DNA of 64,000 nucleotides from a virus (IMGVR_UViG_3300045684_000009:69829-133828), one strand, 5' to 3'; counted from the stretch's first letter, positions 1-10,951 are shown. Notes: generated by a model from the sequence alone, not told the origin. Numbers and translations: made by a program.

Positions 1-1283
1 CTGGACATAGTAACGATGATATGTTTAAAGGTAGGACTGCAGCAGACTTTATAAGTGACACGCCTGTATTAAAATTCATGAAAGTTATAGCATCAACGTT
101 TGAGAATTTCTCAGAGGCTAGTTATACTGTATTTATTAACAGACTTGCGGCCACCCAATGGAACACATTTCTTAAAGTAAATGAAAATGCGTCTGTTGAG
201 GAAATGAAGGAATACGCAAAAGTTATAAATAACAATGTAGGAAGGTCTAATCTTAAAGTTACTGGTCCTATGAGTGATATAATATTAGCTCCTCGATTTT
301 ACACATCTAGGATTCACATGTTAGCAGAACCATTTAAGGTGTTAGGTAGAGGTATAAAAAAGAAGGGTAAATTAAATCTTGCAGATAAAGAAAGACTTAG
401 AGATTTAACATCTACTGTTACAGGTTATACAGCGTTGATAGCGTTGATGGCAATGGGTGGATGGGATTATGAAGAAGACCCAAGAGCTAAAGGGTTTGCT
501 AAATTCAAAAAAGGAGATGAAACTATAGATTTTACTGCTGGAATGGGTAAGTGGGCAGATGTAGCTGTTAAGTCTTTGGCTTTTACAGATTCAATATCTG
601 GTGTTGAGGCTTTTAGTAAGTTGTTTGGTGAGAGACTAAAATCAGAAGAGTTCAATAAATTTACAGACGCACCTTTGACATTAGGTCTTAGAAAGATAGG
701 AACATCGCTTAACGTACCATTTTTATGGTTAAACTCGTTAATGACAAATGAAAACGTAATTGGTCAAAACTTAGGAGTAGAGTGGTATCAGAGATTACCT
801 AACACTATAGTTGCTGCAATATCTCCTATTGTTTTTCAAGACTTTATTACAGATGCTATTAATCAACCTTTAGATGAGAAATATCCATCCCCATTTTGGG
901 CGAAAGAATATAGTAATACTTTATCTATCTTAGGTATAGGTCATATAGATTATGAAAATAACTTAAAACATATACATGTTATAAAACATTTAGATAAGTT
1001 AGAAATATCACCCGATAGGTCTATTGACAGAAGTGTTGTTACTAAAAGAATACCCGAAGTAGATAAGGCTAGTTTTAGAAACGAAGCTATTATAGACAAC
1101 GCTAAAGCTGAAATAAAACACGCAGTTGGTAGTAGAATATTGGCGGACTTAAATAAAGGTAAAAACCCAAGTAAAGAAGTTATAGCTAAATATACAAAAG
1201 ATGAGGCAACTAGAATTCTAAGAATATATTCAAAACACTACGGTCTTAAGTTCAACTCATCAGGTAAAGCTAAGAAGAAGTAA
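1..1283 (+). CDS. C-terminal part of a large phage protein (probable virion/ejection protein; LPD38-like region possible), truncated by the window edge
   Basis: The frame of ORF 21..1283 is open back to the window start. The segment EEDPRAKGFAKFKKGDETIDFTAGMG resembles the E.DPR..DF.K...G...ID..AG pattern of large polyvalent/ejection proteins. The gene ends at a terminator facing the convergent genes. Confidence 0.45.
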   Translation, partial: GHSNDDMFKGRTAADFISDTPVLKFMKVIASTFENFSEASYTVFINRLAATQWNTFLKVNENASVEEMKEYAKVINNNVGRSNLKVTGPMSDIILAPRFYTSRIHMLAEPFKVLGRGIKKKGKLNLADKERLRDLTSTVTGYTALIALMAMGGWDYEEDPRAKGFAKFKKGDETIDFTAGMGKWADVAVKSLAFTDSISGVEAFSKLFGERLKSEEFNKFTDAPLTLGLRKIGTSLNVPFLWLNSLMTNENVIGQNLGVEWYQRLPNTIVAAISPIVFQDFITDAINQPLDEKYPSPFWAKEYSNTLSILGIGHIDYENNLKHIHVIKHLDKLEISPDRSIDRSVVTKRIPEVDKASFRNEAIIDNAKAEIKHAVGSRILADLNKGKNPSKEVIAKYTKDEATRILRIYSKHYGLKFNSSGKAKKK

Positions 1284-1288
1284 TAAAA

Positions 1289-1322
1289 ATAACCCCTCCA
1301 ACACTTTTGTCAGAGGGGTTAT
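1289..1322. terminator. Probable bidirectional intrinsic terminator
   Basis: Inverted repeat ATAACCCCTC...GAGGGGTTAT between convergent genes ending at 1283 and 1345. Confidence 0.75.
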
Positions 1323-1344
1323 ACGAAATGCTAGTAACTTGTTC

Positions 1345-1599
1345 TTAATTATCGTTTATATCGTCTAGTAAATCTTTAATAGCAACGTCTGAGTTGAAAT
1401 TGTTTATTAAAGGTTCTACAGTTTCATTGAATACTTTATCAATGTCATCTAATAAAGTAAACAACATTATATCATCTGTTGTTGGTTTTTTATTCGAACT
1501 CTGTATAGACATATTAATACCGAACGCTATTTTGTGCGTGGTCATAAGGGTACTCAATATTTCTATATTTTTCAATAACATATCTTTTTTGTCATCCAT
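1345..1599 (-). CDS. hypothetical protein
   Basis: 84-aa ORF, packed in the minus-strand operon. Confidence 0.6.
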   Translation of the reverse strand: MDDKKDMLLKNIEILSTLMTTHKIAFGINMSIQSSNKKPTTDDIMLFTLLDDIDKVFNETVEPLINNFNSDVAIKDLLDDINDN

Positions 1600-1601
1600 A
1601 T

Positions 1602-1916
1602 TTACTTAGATTTATAAGCTACAACCTTCTTACTATCATCACCACCTGTGATAAATATGTTAAAGGTTTGAGAACTAGTTGTAATAACTTCAATATCGAA
1701 GTCTTTAATTAGATTATTGATTAAGGCGTCTATATAAAACAACCCACCATAATCAGTTGTCAATCTTAACGCTGCATGCATTAAGTTTATTGGTGGTGGC
1801 GATTTACCTTTATAAATGAAATAATCATTCATAGTAGTTATATCTACATTACCATACTTAGTCGGTGGATGTTGCATCCTGTAATTCAGGTATTGTAAGG
1901 TTCTCTTCTGATTCAT
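1602..1916 (-). CDS. hypothetical protein
   Basis: ORF in the operon, overlapping the recA 3' end. Confidence 0.55.
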   Translation of the reverse strand: MNQKRTLQYLNYRMQHPPTKYGNVDITTMNDYFIYKGKSPPPINLMHAALRLTTDYGGLFYIDALINNLIKDFDIEVITTSSQTFNIFITGGDDSKKVVAYKSK

Positions 1917-2895
1917 TCTCTATATTTATACGTTCTTCAATAATAGATTCATCTATCCTTGCTCTAATTTCAGCTTCAAGACCTTCATTATCTTTAATGA
2001 ACTCTTTAACTTTGTTTGAGCCTTGACCTAACTTTGTACCATCATACGCGTACCAAGAACCTGATTTGTTGATTATATCAAAATCAACAGCGTTGTCAAC
2101 AACGTCTTGAAGTATATCAAACCCCACACCATTGTAATAATACAAAGTGAATCTTTTACCTCTATTTCCTGATAGTTTGTCTTTGTTAACAGTTACGTTA
2201 ACCTTCTGACCTATCACTTCTGTACCGTCTTTTGCGTTAGCCAAGCTAAGTCTTAACTTTTGTGCGGGATAATATCCTACACCTTTACCGCCTGGTTCAA
2301 CTATAGGTTCGAATGTGTTTCCAATATTATCATAGACCTTGTTGGTCATGAGTAACGCTGTATCAGTCTTATACACTCTACCTCTAAACTTCTTAAAGAA
2401 CTTGTTAATGATTCTAGCATCTGTTCCCATCTTAGTTGACTGCATGTCATCTTGGAACTCGGCGGCAGAACCAATGGAAGTTAAACCATCATGTATAATG
2501 ATATCACATATGTCACACATATCATATACTATATTAGCAGCTTCCTCTAAGTACTCAGGTTGTAATACGTGTATTCTTTCACGTTCTATACCAAAGTAGT
2601 CGTATACCCACTTATATGAAGCCTCAGTCCACTCAAACTCACAGTCTAAGAAGCCAATATCTGCGTCTTTGTTATATCCTGCCATCTGCAAAGCTAAACT
2701 AGTTTTACCCGTAGAATATTTACCTGCATATGTTGTAATCTTTCCAATTCCTGGACCTCCACCAAGATATCTATCGAATGAGGGGAATGGGTTGTCTAAT
2801 CTCCTAACACTATCATTGAGTTTAGGCTTTTGTCCTTCGTACTTTTTATAAAGAGCGTCTAACGAACCTAACGCTTTATCCATCTTTTTAGCCAT
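1858..2895 (-). CDS. recA: RecA/UvsX-like recombinase
   Basis: Walker A GKYSTGKT, FLDCE, QPEYLEEA, PGGKG motif, and C-terminal GSWYAYDGTKLGQG typical of RecA. Confidence 0.93.
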   Translation of the reverse strand: MAKKMDKALGSLDALYKKYEGQKPKLNDSVRRLDNPFPSFDRYLGGGPGIGKITTYAGKYSTGKTSLALQMAGYNKDADIGFLDCEFEWTEASYKWVYDYFGIERERIHVLQPEYLEEAANIVYDMCDICDIIIHDGLTSIGSAAEFQDDMQSTKMGTDARIINKFFKKFRGRVYKTDTALLMTNKVYDNIGNTFEPIVEPGGKGVGYYPAQKLRLSLANAKDGTEVIGQKVNVTVNKDKLSGNRGKRFTLYYYNGVGFDILQDVVDNAVDFDIINKSGSWYAYDGTKLGQGSNKVKEFIKDNEGLEAEIRARIDESIIEERINIENESEENLTIPELQDATSTD

Positions 2896-2896
2896 A

Positions 2897-3298
2897 TTAT
2901 TTAGTTAATGAAATTCGTGAACTAATTGCATTTAATATCTGATTAACTGCATCTACCATTATCTTTACTTTGTAATACTTTCTACCTGCTTCTAACCAAT
3001 CGTTTTCAGCTTCCGCACATTCAAGTCTAGCGGTATTAGATAACTCTTCACGAGCTATGTTCCTACCTGTTTTCTCTGATTTAGAACCTCGCAACCTTTC
3101 CTCTACTTCGGCAATACATCGTTTACGTCTGTAATCTGCTGCTTCATGTCCGTGTCTTATATCTGAATAAAAGTCTGACATCAAGAATAATTGATGACTT
3201 ATATCTTCTCTCATTGATACTAGATCGTCAGGGTCATACGTTTCTTTTTTAGCATTGTATCTGTCTATTAATTTTGAAATTGCTTCTACTGGATGCAT
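2897..3298 (-). CDS. helical protein, possibly a UvsY-like recombination mediator
   Basis: 133-aa all-helical/coiled-coil protein directly upstream of recA. The function is inferred from size and context only. Confidence 0.35.
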   Translation of the reverse strand: MHPVEAISKLIDRYNAKKETYDPDDLVSMREDISHQLFLMSDFYSDIRHGHEAADYRRKRCIAEVEERLRGSKSEKTGRNIAREELSNTARLECAEAENDWLEAGRKYYKVKIMVDAVNQILNAISSRISLTK

Positions 3299-3885
3299 TT
3301 GTTATGTTTTTTTAAGAGTCATGTAATTAGAAAAATAGTTTGGATTGTCAGCATATAAAACATCTAACGCCATTTTAAGTTGTGCAAATTCATAAAATGC
3401 GAAGTTGATTTTTGTACCAAGTATATTCATAAACACGTCGTCATCATTTATCTCTATTTTTAGAAACTTAGATTTAGGATTTAGATAACCACCTGCTTCA
3501 TTAAATGTATATTTTGTGATATCATTTTTTAATTCTTTAGTGACAGTATAATCAATCTCATTGGTACACTTGTTCACTATAAATAGTTTATCTTTCATAA
3601 TTTTTATCTTTATAAACGTGATGTAAAAACTCACCTACTTGAATTACAGGTGTGTCGTTGATTTTCCAAATGCCATTTTGTACAACTAGATTGGTGAGAG
3701 ATTTACATGGGAATGTGAATGAGTTCCCATCCACTTTAACATCACCTAATATTACAATTGAGTACATGTCACCACCATAATAATAAGATAATATATCCCC
3801 ATACTCATACCAATCTACATCTAAACGTATAACATCTGATTCTTTAGAGTTAAACAATTCTAAACACATTGATTTAGCCATATAT

Positions 3886-4554
3886 TTATTGTTTATTTAA
3901 ATTATGTATTAAATTGACACTCTCAAGAACTTCCTTGCACAATTCGTTTGGTATCTTACTTCTATTGTAATTACCTTTTAAACCTTGAGTTCCTGTCCTA
4001 CTACCTCTAGGTGCGGGTTGGTGGTGGCAATTCTTATTACCATTAAAACACTCCTTTCTCGGTTTCCAACCATCCACATTGAACATACTATATAGGTGGT
4101 TAGTCCATATATCAGTTGGTTTTGCTCTAAAATCACCATAAGTACAGTACCAAACTGTAGTTCTTTCTAAATCAGCAACGACTGGTAACTTCCGCAATTT
4201 ACCTCTAGGGTTTTCCATAAACCATTTTAAATTAGGGTTTAAATTCAAGAAGTGATTTATAATATTTAAAGTCGATTGTACGTACTCAACACCTTTTAAA
4301 GCGTTCTCACTTTTAGGAGTGTGGTCTTTATTCCAATGCTTTCCTATACTTGCAACACTGAAGTACGTGCATGGTGGTGATGCCCATATAACATCAGGTA
4401 TAAACGGCACTTTAGATACATCAAAAGAGTTAATATCTACAGAGTAGTCTATATCATCAAAGTCGTTAATATCAGAAGAGAATACGTTGAAACCTTGTTT
4501 CTCAGCCTCTTTTCCAACACTTCTAGACCCTGCAAATAATTCTAATAAATTCAT
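3886..4554 (-). CDS. DNA cytosine-5 methyltransferase (short phage type)
   Basis: Motif I LELFAGS, catalytic WASPPC, motif VI MENP, C-terminal RSKIP. Confidence 0.85.
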   Translation of the reverse strand: MNLLELFAGSRSVGKEAEKQGFNVFSSDINDFDDIDYSVDINSFDVSKVPFIPDVIWASPPCTYFSVASIGKHWNKDHTPKSENALKGVEYVQSTLNIINHFLNLNPNLKWFMENPRGKLRKLPVVADLERTTVWYCTYGDFRAKPTDIWTNHLYSMFNVDGWKPRKECFNGNKNCHHQPAPRGSRTGTQGLKGNYNRSKIPNELCKEVLESVNLIHNLNKQ

Positions 4555-5595
4555 AATTATTGTTTTAATTGGTTAGCGTATTGTTCCATTATTTCTTCCA
4601 ATGTTATGTAATCACCATCACCATACCAAAAAATAGGCTCTATTGGATTTACTCCTTTGCTCTTCAAAAATTCCTCTGCGCTCTTTGTCTCTTTAATATG
4701 GTGTACATTCCCGATAATATGACTCACCACTTCACTATCGGGCTGCTCTGATTCGATTAACTCAAGTAGTTTGATTGCTTCACACTTAGCACCTTGATAG
4801 TGATTATAAATAGGACGTCCTAGCAATGGGTTGTCTCTCACTTCTATCATTTTAGCTTTTAACTCTACAATCCTATCCTTTATCTGTTGTATTAAGTATT
4901 TCATATTATTGTTTTAATTGGATACTGCGAAAAGAATAAGCATACACACAAAAGATACTACTATAATTATACCTAAGAAGAAAAGTACATTCTGTAATGT
5001 GCTAGGTGATTCTTCTTCCATAATTTCCCAAAAATAATCATCTTCTATTTTCATCTTACTTGTTTTAGTTTTAGTTATTTTTTTTAATTTTCTTAGATTT
5101 TTTATTAGGCTTGTATCGTTTTGTAGTGGTAACCTTCCATGTATCATTGCCTAAATTTTTCCAAATAGGATTTTCATAATGCTTCTCAAATACCGCGTAC
5201 CATTTCACAACAAGTAATATCATAAGAAATATAGCTGCTATTACGCAAAAGAGTAATATTGATACTAATAATGTGTCTAATGTTTCCATATTTTGTTTTT
5301 CAGTGATTCTTCTAATAAATCCATAATTATAGTTTTAACTGGTTAGCGTATGCTTCCATCGCATCTAAAATATGTAAAATCATTTCAGTTTGATTATCGT
5401 TATCGATTGCTATAAAAATATCATCTTCGTATAGTTTCAAAATTTGAGCTGCACTTTTCTCAGCGATAAATTTCACCTTCCAATATTCTTTATCATAGTA
5501 TTCTAACACTATTGGACGTTCGTCACCTACTTTAAATTCAATAGATGGGTCGTCTTCGTGTGTATATGATTTAATACAAATACCTGTAACTGTTT

Positions 5596-6063
5596 TCATA
5601 ATAATTCTTTAATTAACTCAATATAATCATTTCTAAATGTAATGTCAAGTGTTTTAGACCTATTTAACAAATCATTAACAAGTTCTTCACCTAATACTTC
5701 TTCGAACTTTTGGTGGTGTAAAGACCTAAAACCTTCGACAGCCACCTGAGCATCCCAACAATTAGATTGTTCACTACATATTAAACAATTATCGAAATCC
5801 CACCTCAATCCTAAATGTGCTCTATCGATATAATGACACACTTGTGCTTTGTTAAGTCTCCACCACTTGTTAGTTAAAGGACAATGGAACTTACCCCCTG
5901 AGAAGTCATCAGATGACATCTGAAGGAGTTTCTCTCTAAAGAGATAGTCTAAGACCTTTTTGATGTCAGAGTTGCTTAAAGGAGCTGTAGTAGCTTCTGT
6001 ATCTATAACTAACTTGTCGTAATTATCGTTAGTCCATTTTTTGGGGTTGAAGTATTTAGTCAT
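5596..6063 (-). CDS. NinG/Rap-like nuclease
   Basis: CPLT...QVCHYIDR.HLGLRWD.DNC pattern of the NinG family. The likely start is ATG 6063 (MTKYF), not 6111. Confidence 0.65.
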   Translation of the reverse strand: MTKYFNPKKWTNDNYDKLVIDTEATTAPLSNSDIKKVLDYLFREKLLQMSSDDFSGGKFHCPLTNKWWRLNKAQVCHYIDRAHLGLRWDFDNCLICSEQSNCWDAQVAVEGFRSLHHQKFEEVLGEELVNDLLNRSKTLDITFRNDYIELIKELL

Positions 6064-6243
6064 CGTTAAACTTATAAGGTGAATAAAAATCACTATCAAG
6101 AGGTAAGACATTAATAGCCTCTCTTAATGCTTGAATAACCATCTCAGGTTTAACTGTTATAGCCCCGAGGGCTGGGGAGGGCGTGAATTGCACCTCCCCA
6201 AATGTTGTGTAAATTTTAATTGCTGACTTGTCTTTGTTCATAT

Positions 6244-8160
6244 CTAATATATTAGATCACATGAACCGCCTGCACAAGCCAACTCTCCTTTAAGATTTGT
6301 ATTGTCATGCTTTTCTGTGATTTTGGTTAAATCAATAGGGTTATCTCTAATGTACTTCATACGTTTATTATATTCGTACTCTGTACAGTTCTGAAAAGGA
6401 GCATCTTTATAAGTACCGCCATCATACGGTAATACAGATAACCCATTATAGTTATCTCTATGTTTCCATAACCATTCTCCTACATCGTCCCAATCACCTT
6501 CTTTCACGCTACAAGTAGCTGATACGTTATTCGTATTTGGTCCTGATACATGGCCTTGATGTACCCATTCTAAATTGAATCTGTCAACTCTTTCTAAGAA
6601 ACCTAACCAGTCCTCATTCTCTCTCAATGTAGCCGTTTTAGGTGCTTTTTGAGGGATACCGATTACGGCAGAATTAGGTTGATAGTCCATCACTTTAATT
6701 AGTGAGGGATGATTCTTTACAAAATAATTATACAAATCATCTCCAACAGTACATTGCATGTTTCTAATGTAGAATTCAGAATGCCAAGCATGTATACCGC
6801 TAGAACTACCTACTACACAACTTGTTGTACCGCTAGGTTTGACTGTGGTGGTTCTAGCCGCAGGGTTAATACCTATAAGATTAGCCACTCTTACATTCTC
6901 ATCTTTGACTATTGCGGCGGCTTCTAACAAGTCCATATCGTATATATTGCCATTACATATACCCGTAAGACCTACACCAATTAACGCATCCTTTTCCGTA
7001 TTATCCTGCCAGTCAGGACGAAGATAATGGAAATCTGTAAACCCTGCCTGTAACGTACCAAAGAATGCTGCGACCCTAGACCTCTCATTGAAATCTTTTT
7101 GATCTCTTAATGTACCTGCATTTAGCTCTGTTAAGTTACAGAATGTACACCATCTTAATGATATTTCACAGCATGGGTTAGTACCGTAATTGGGGTCGTT
7201 CGTGAAGTAAATACCAGGCTCTCCTGAACCTGAGTCTTTTACTATCTTCCAAAAGTCAATAAAGTCTTTCTTCTTAACTCTACCTCTCACAAACACTGCA
7301 GAATTATTGGCTCTACCTCTTTGTGGGTTATTCTCCCACCAATTCCCATGTTTACATGTAGCCATATCTTTCGAGTCCATAGAGAATAGAGAGATAAGAG
7401 CTGCGCGACGAATTCCACCAGCTAATACAGCATCAGCAATGTGACAACATATATCGTGACATTGAAGGTCAGTCAATTTATCTCCATTATCCATGCTATT
7501 AAGAATCGATTCTATATTTACTAATGCAATTCTTAAAGGGTCTGGTCCAGGAGCTTTACCTCCTGCGGTGACTAAAGCCTCACCTTTTTCTCTAATGTCT
7601 GAGAAGTCATATCTAGGTTTATACTTACGTAACCCCATATAAGACTGTATAAGTACTTTAATAGCATCAGACCATCCTTCTATAGAGTCTGATATAAGAT
7701 ACTTTCGCTCTTTCAGGGGTTTCTGTATCGATGGTAACTTTCTGATGTGGGAGAATTGAACAGAGTAACCTACTCCCGTACCACCCAATAACAAGAACAT
7801 GAGTTCACTAAAAGCATGCACATCATCTATAGGTAAATACCCGCAATTATATACTCTACTTTCGGTCTTTTCAATTGCTGGCCCTGCAAACTGTAATGCT
7901 CTCATACTAGGTAACAAGTCTCTATTGTATAAATACTTAGAGTTAGTTACAATTTCATCTGCTAATGATCCTTTCTCTGTTGTTAATACCTTAGTTTTGA
8001 ATTGGGCATATACATCATCTCCACAATACTTCTTTAATAGCATTGCTATATATCTGTCAATAATCTCATCCCAATTCTCTCTTCTTTTTAAATCAGGTCT
8101 ATATCTCGCATACTTGTTATAAACGACAATATCTGATAATAGTTGTTGTGATTCATTCAT
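6244..8160 (-). CDS. nrdJ: Class II (adenosylcobalamin-dependent) ribonucleotide reductase
   Basis: LPSMRALQFAG, YNC, GTGVG, GGIRRAALI, NPCCEI catalytic loop, VKPSGT, C-terminal CAGGSC. Confidence 0.93.
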   Translation of the reverse strand: MNESQQLLSDIVVYNKYARYRPDLKRRENWDEIIDRYIAMLLKKYCGDDVYAQFKTKVLTTEKGSLADEIVTNSKYLYNRDLLPSMRALQFAGPAIEKTESRVYNCGYLPIDDVHAFSELMFLLLGGTGVGYSVQFSHIRKLPSIQKPLKERKYLISDSIEGWSDAIKVLIQSYMGLRKYKPRYDFSDIREKGEALVTAGGKAPGPDPLRIALVNIESILNSMDNGDKLTDLQCHDICCHIADAVLAGGIRRAALISLFSMDSKDMATCKHGNWWENNPQRGRANNSAVFVRGRVKKKDFIDFWKIVKDSGSGEPGIYFTNDPNYGTNPCCEISLRWCTFCNLTELNAGTLRDQKDFNERSRVAAFFGTLQAGFTDFHYLRPDWQDNTEKDALIGVGLTGICNGNIYDMDLLEAAAIVKDENVRVANLIGINPAARTTTVKPSGTTSCVVGSSSGIHAWHSEFYIRNMQCTVGDDLYNYFVKNHPSLIKVMDYQPNSAVIGIPQKAPKTATLRENEDWLGFLERVDRFNLEWVHQGHVSGPNTNNVSATCSVKEGDWDDVGEWLWKHRDNYNGLSVLPYDGGTYKDAPFQNCTEYEYNKRMKYIRDNPIDLTKITEKHDNTNLKGELACAGGSCDLIY

Positions 8161-8163
8161 ATT

Positions 8164-8502
8164 TTAATTTAATTTATCTAAAGCTTCTTCTAAACATTCA
8201 TTCATACTTGCACCACCGTTGTAATATACAAGGTCAAAAGAATATACTCCTTCCCCTATTTCATTTGCCATTATTACTTCATAGGGATCGTGTTGATCTA
8301 ACTTTACGAACTCGTACAGCTTACCTGTACTTTTATGAAAGAAGTATTCTTCATACAGTTCGTCAGTTAATGCGTGAGTATTGGACTCGTGATAACTAGC
8401 TACATTTATTTTACGTTTTAAAATAATATCTCTACAATATTCTTCAATATCGTCTGTAATCACTTCTCGAATAACTCCTTTGTAATACACTGTTTCGCTC
8501 AT
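8164..8502 (-). CDS. hypothetical protein
   Basis: 112-aa ORF in the operon. Confidence 0.6.
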   Translation of the reverse strand: MSETVYYKGVIREVITDDIEEYCRDIILKRKINVASYHESNTHALTDELYEEYFFHKSTGKLYEFVKLDQHDPYEVIMANEIGEGVYSFDLVYYNGGASMNECLEEALDKLN

Positions 8503-8688
8503 GTTTATTCTAATTTGTCATTTAAGAAATCTTCAAACTCTCGGTAATCAAACCTATAGTCCGAAATGTATTGTTGCAACATGTCGAGTAACATTTGTTC
8601 GATAAGGTTGTCAGGTATTAATACTAAAGCCTCTGATGGAACAGATTCTAAATCCGCTAAATCATGTATGTATGGTATTTCCATTTAC

Positions 8689-9030
8689 TTATGTTTTAGA
8701 TTCTTCTCTATCGTCACCACTTCCGTGTAACGTGTTAGTCTCTCTTCTTTTTGTTAATTTATTAAAGTTAGCTTCTAATATTTCCTCTAAAGTTAATTGT
8801 AACTCATTTGCAATTGCGGTACAGTACCAAATAACATCTCCAATCTCTTTTTTTATCTGATCTCGATTCTCTTGTACTACGTGACCTCCTTGGTCTCTGT
8901 AAATCTTTTTAACTTTTTCAGCAACTTCACCTGCTTCACCTGTAAGTCCTAGAGCGCAATATGCTAGTCCTATTTCTTTAGGATATATTGCAGTCATTCC
9001 TATTATTGTTTGATATTCAGCTAATGTCAT
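8689..9030 (-). CDS. MazG-like NTP pyrophosphohydrolase
   Basis: LGLTGEAGEVAEKVKK...EIGDVIWY...N..KL..R signature. Confidence 0.9.
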   Translation of the reverse strand: MTLAEYQTIIGMTAIYPKEIGLAYCALGLTGEAGEVAEKVKKIYRDQGGHVVQENRDQIKKEIGDVIWYCTAIANELQLTLEEILEANFNKLTKRRETNTLHGSGDDREESKT

Positions 9031-9040
9031 ATTATTTGTT

Positions 9041-9622
9041 TTAAAAAACGTAAGTTAATGCGAAGACTCCACCTGCTCCTACAATAGTACCCATCAGAGG
9101 AGAACCCTCACGGTTTCCTATAAAGTAACCAACACCACCACCTAATACTGTGGCGAGTAGTCTAAGCTTCTTTATCTTTGAGTTTGTTACATTGGTGAAA
9201 TAGTCTTCAATGTTTCCTAGACTCTGAGTAGTCTGATTAGTAAGCTTGAGAGTCTCAGTGTGTACCTCCCAAGCATCTTGAATGATTTTCTCATTATTCC
9301 TTACAAGTAGTTCATTTGATTTAGATACTTGAGCCATAGAACCTGATAACAAACCATTCTTCTTCATTATCAAATTGTTCTCAGTCAGAGATCTTTCTAA
9401 TTCTGATATCTTTAGTTTATAATCAGAATTAACATCTAACAGATGGTCAAATACTTTCAGTTGCCAAGTGTTAATTACATGCAACGTGTCGTGACCTTTG
9501 TTGACCAATGTTATTGGAAAACGAGTATCACTTTTAACCTCAAATATGAACTTCTTAGAAGCTTGACCACTTAAAGTCAAAGCTAAGAATACCAAGAGTA
9601 CTAAAGCTATTAGTTTCTTCAT
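9041..9622 (-). CDS. exported/membrane protein with coiled coil
   Basis: N-terminal signal peptide, central coiled coil and C-terminal Gly-rich hydrophobic hairpin. Confidence 0.55.
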   Translation of the reverse strand: MKKLIALVLLVFLALTLSGQASKKFIFEVKSDTRFPITLVNKGHDTLHVINTWQLKVFDHLLDVNSDYKLKISELERSLTENNLIMKKNGLLSGSMAQVSKSNELLVRNNEKIIQDAWEVHTETLKLTNQTTQSLGNIEDYFTNVTNSKIKKLRLLATVLGGGVGYFIGNREGSPLMGTIVGAGGVFALTYVF

Positions 9623-9984
9623 TGTTCTTCTTTAAATTGTTCATCTAATTTATGTCTAATAATCACGTTAAGTCCATCTAACTGAGTGTCAGAATTAAAC
9701 TTAGGAGATGCTCTTTGAGGTTTCCTCTTTAATAACGTAAGTTCGTCTGTTAAAGCTATTATTTCCTCCCTATATATAGAGTCTTGTGCAGAGAACATTT
9801 CTATTTCTCTGATTACACCATTTAGTGAATCTATCTCGGTGCTCAACTTAACAACAGTTTGTTGTTCGATAACTAGTTTGTTTTTAACGTTACCGTACTG
9901 TACAGTGTAGTAAGTTAGACTAGCGATTAACATTGCTATTAAAATTAAACCGATTTTATCCACTTCACTTAAGTTAATTTTCAT
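9619..9984 (-). CDS. membrane-anchored coiled-coil protein (spanin-like architecture)
   Basis: N-terminal TM helix followed by heptad repeats, overlapping the next membrane gene. A spanin role is speculative. Confidence 0.4.
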   Translation of the reverse strand: MKINLSEVDKIGLILIAMLIASLTYYTVQYGNVKNKLVIEQQTVVKLSTEIDSLNGVIREIEMFSAQDSIYREEIIALTDELTLLKRKPQRASPKFNSDTQLDGLNVIIRHKLDEQFKEEQ

Positions 9985-10951
9985 ATGTTATGTTTTTTAA
10001 TATGTGACAAATAGTATCTATATTCCACCCATTCCCTAACATCTTGTAACGTTGAGTGTTTGATACTGACTCTGTAAAATTATCAGGAACTGTTTGCAAT
10101 CTTTCACACTCAAGGGGTGACAACCTTCTACAATATTCTTCAATGACACCATATGGAACTCCTTTAAACATGTTAGCAGTTAAACAAGCTGCTTTACCGT
10201 CTAAAGGGTTTCTATGGAATTCCCATCTAGGTTTACCGTTTCTAAGTCTATCCATATAACCGATAGCTTTATCAGATAATATTAGATAATCTTTAGACAC
10301 AGTTGTTATAGCGTTAGACTTCTGAGTACCGTTGACTTCTATACGTTGTTCAATAGTACCGTTGTCGGTGTATCGACCTCTTTTGGCAGCACCCCAATAA
10401 ACAGTTTTATCTTCAACTATGTCTTTCAATAAGATACCTTTGTCTTCAGGATTCCAATCTACACCTTTGATGTTGGTCCAATAAATCCTTGGTCTATTTT
10501 GTGCTGAAAACAACCTAGAGTTTAATAACTCACCCTCTACTCCAAACAAATCGTCTAGTACATTTTTATTAACCTTAGACATTTTGACATTCTCAAATAA
10601 GAACTTAACGTTAGGGTTCTTAGATTGTACATGTTTAAAAATATCTCGAGTTACGTATGCAAGTTGACCTCGTTCGTCATCGAAACCTTTATTGAGTCCT
10701 GATAGTGAGAACGACTGACATGGGAATCCCCCGATTAATAAATCTATGGTGGACCAATCTAAATCCCAATCCTCCCACTTCGTCACATCTCCTAATCTGA
10801 TAATGTCAGGGTAGTTAACCTCAGACACTAAGGTTGCAAATTTATCAACCTCACTTGCATAGTAATTGCCTACTGAAATGTCAGACCTTTCAAGAGCTAA
10901 CCTTCCACACGACATACCATCGAAGAGTGATAATACATTTAATTCACGCAT
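9974..10951 (-). CDS. DNA cytosine-5 methyltransferase
   Basis: LSLFDG, GGFPCQ, FENV, QNRPRIYW, ECERLQT, RYKMLGNGW. Confidence 0.93.
   Translation of the reverse strand: MRELNVLSLFDGMSCGRLALERSDISVGNYYASEVDKFATLVSEVNYPDIIRLGDVTKWEDWDLDWSTIDLLIGGFPCQSFSLSGLNKGFDDERGQLAYVTRDIFKHVQSKNPNVKFLFENVKMSKVNKNVLDDLFGVEGELLNSRLFSAQNRPRIYWTNIKGVDWNPEDKGILLKDIVEDKTVYWGAAKRGRYTDNGTIEQRIEVNGTQKSNAITTVSKDYLILSDKAIGYMDRLRNGKPRWEFHRNPLDGKAACLTANMFKGVPYGVIEEYCRRLSPLECERLQTVPDNFTESVSNTQRYKMLGNGWNIDTICHILKNITYEN

Noticed and set aside
2091-2104. Possible 26th copy of the palindrome (CGTTG-TCAA-CAACG in recA)
   Set aside because: The spacer matches and the position fits the spacing trend, but the arms deviate too much from the consensus to count.
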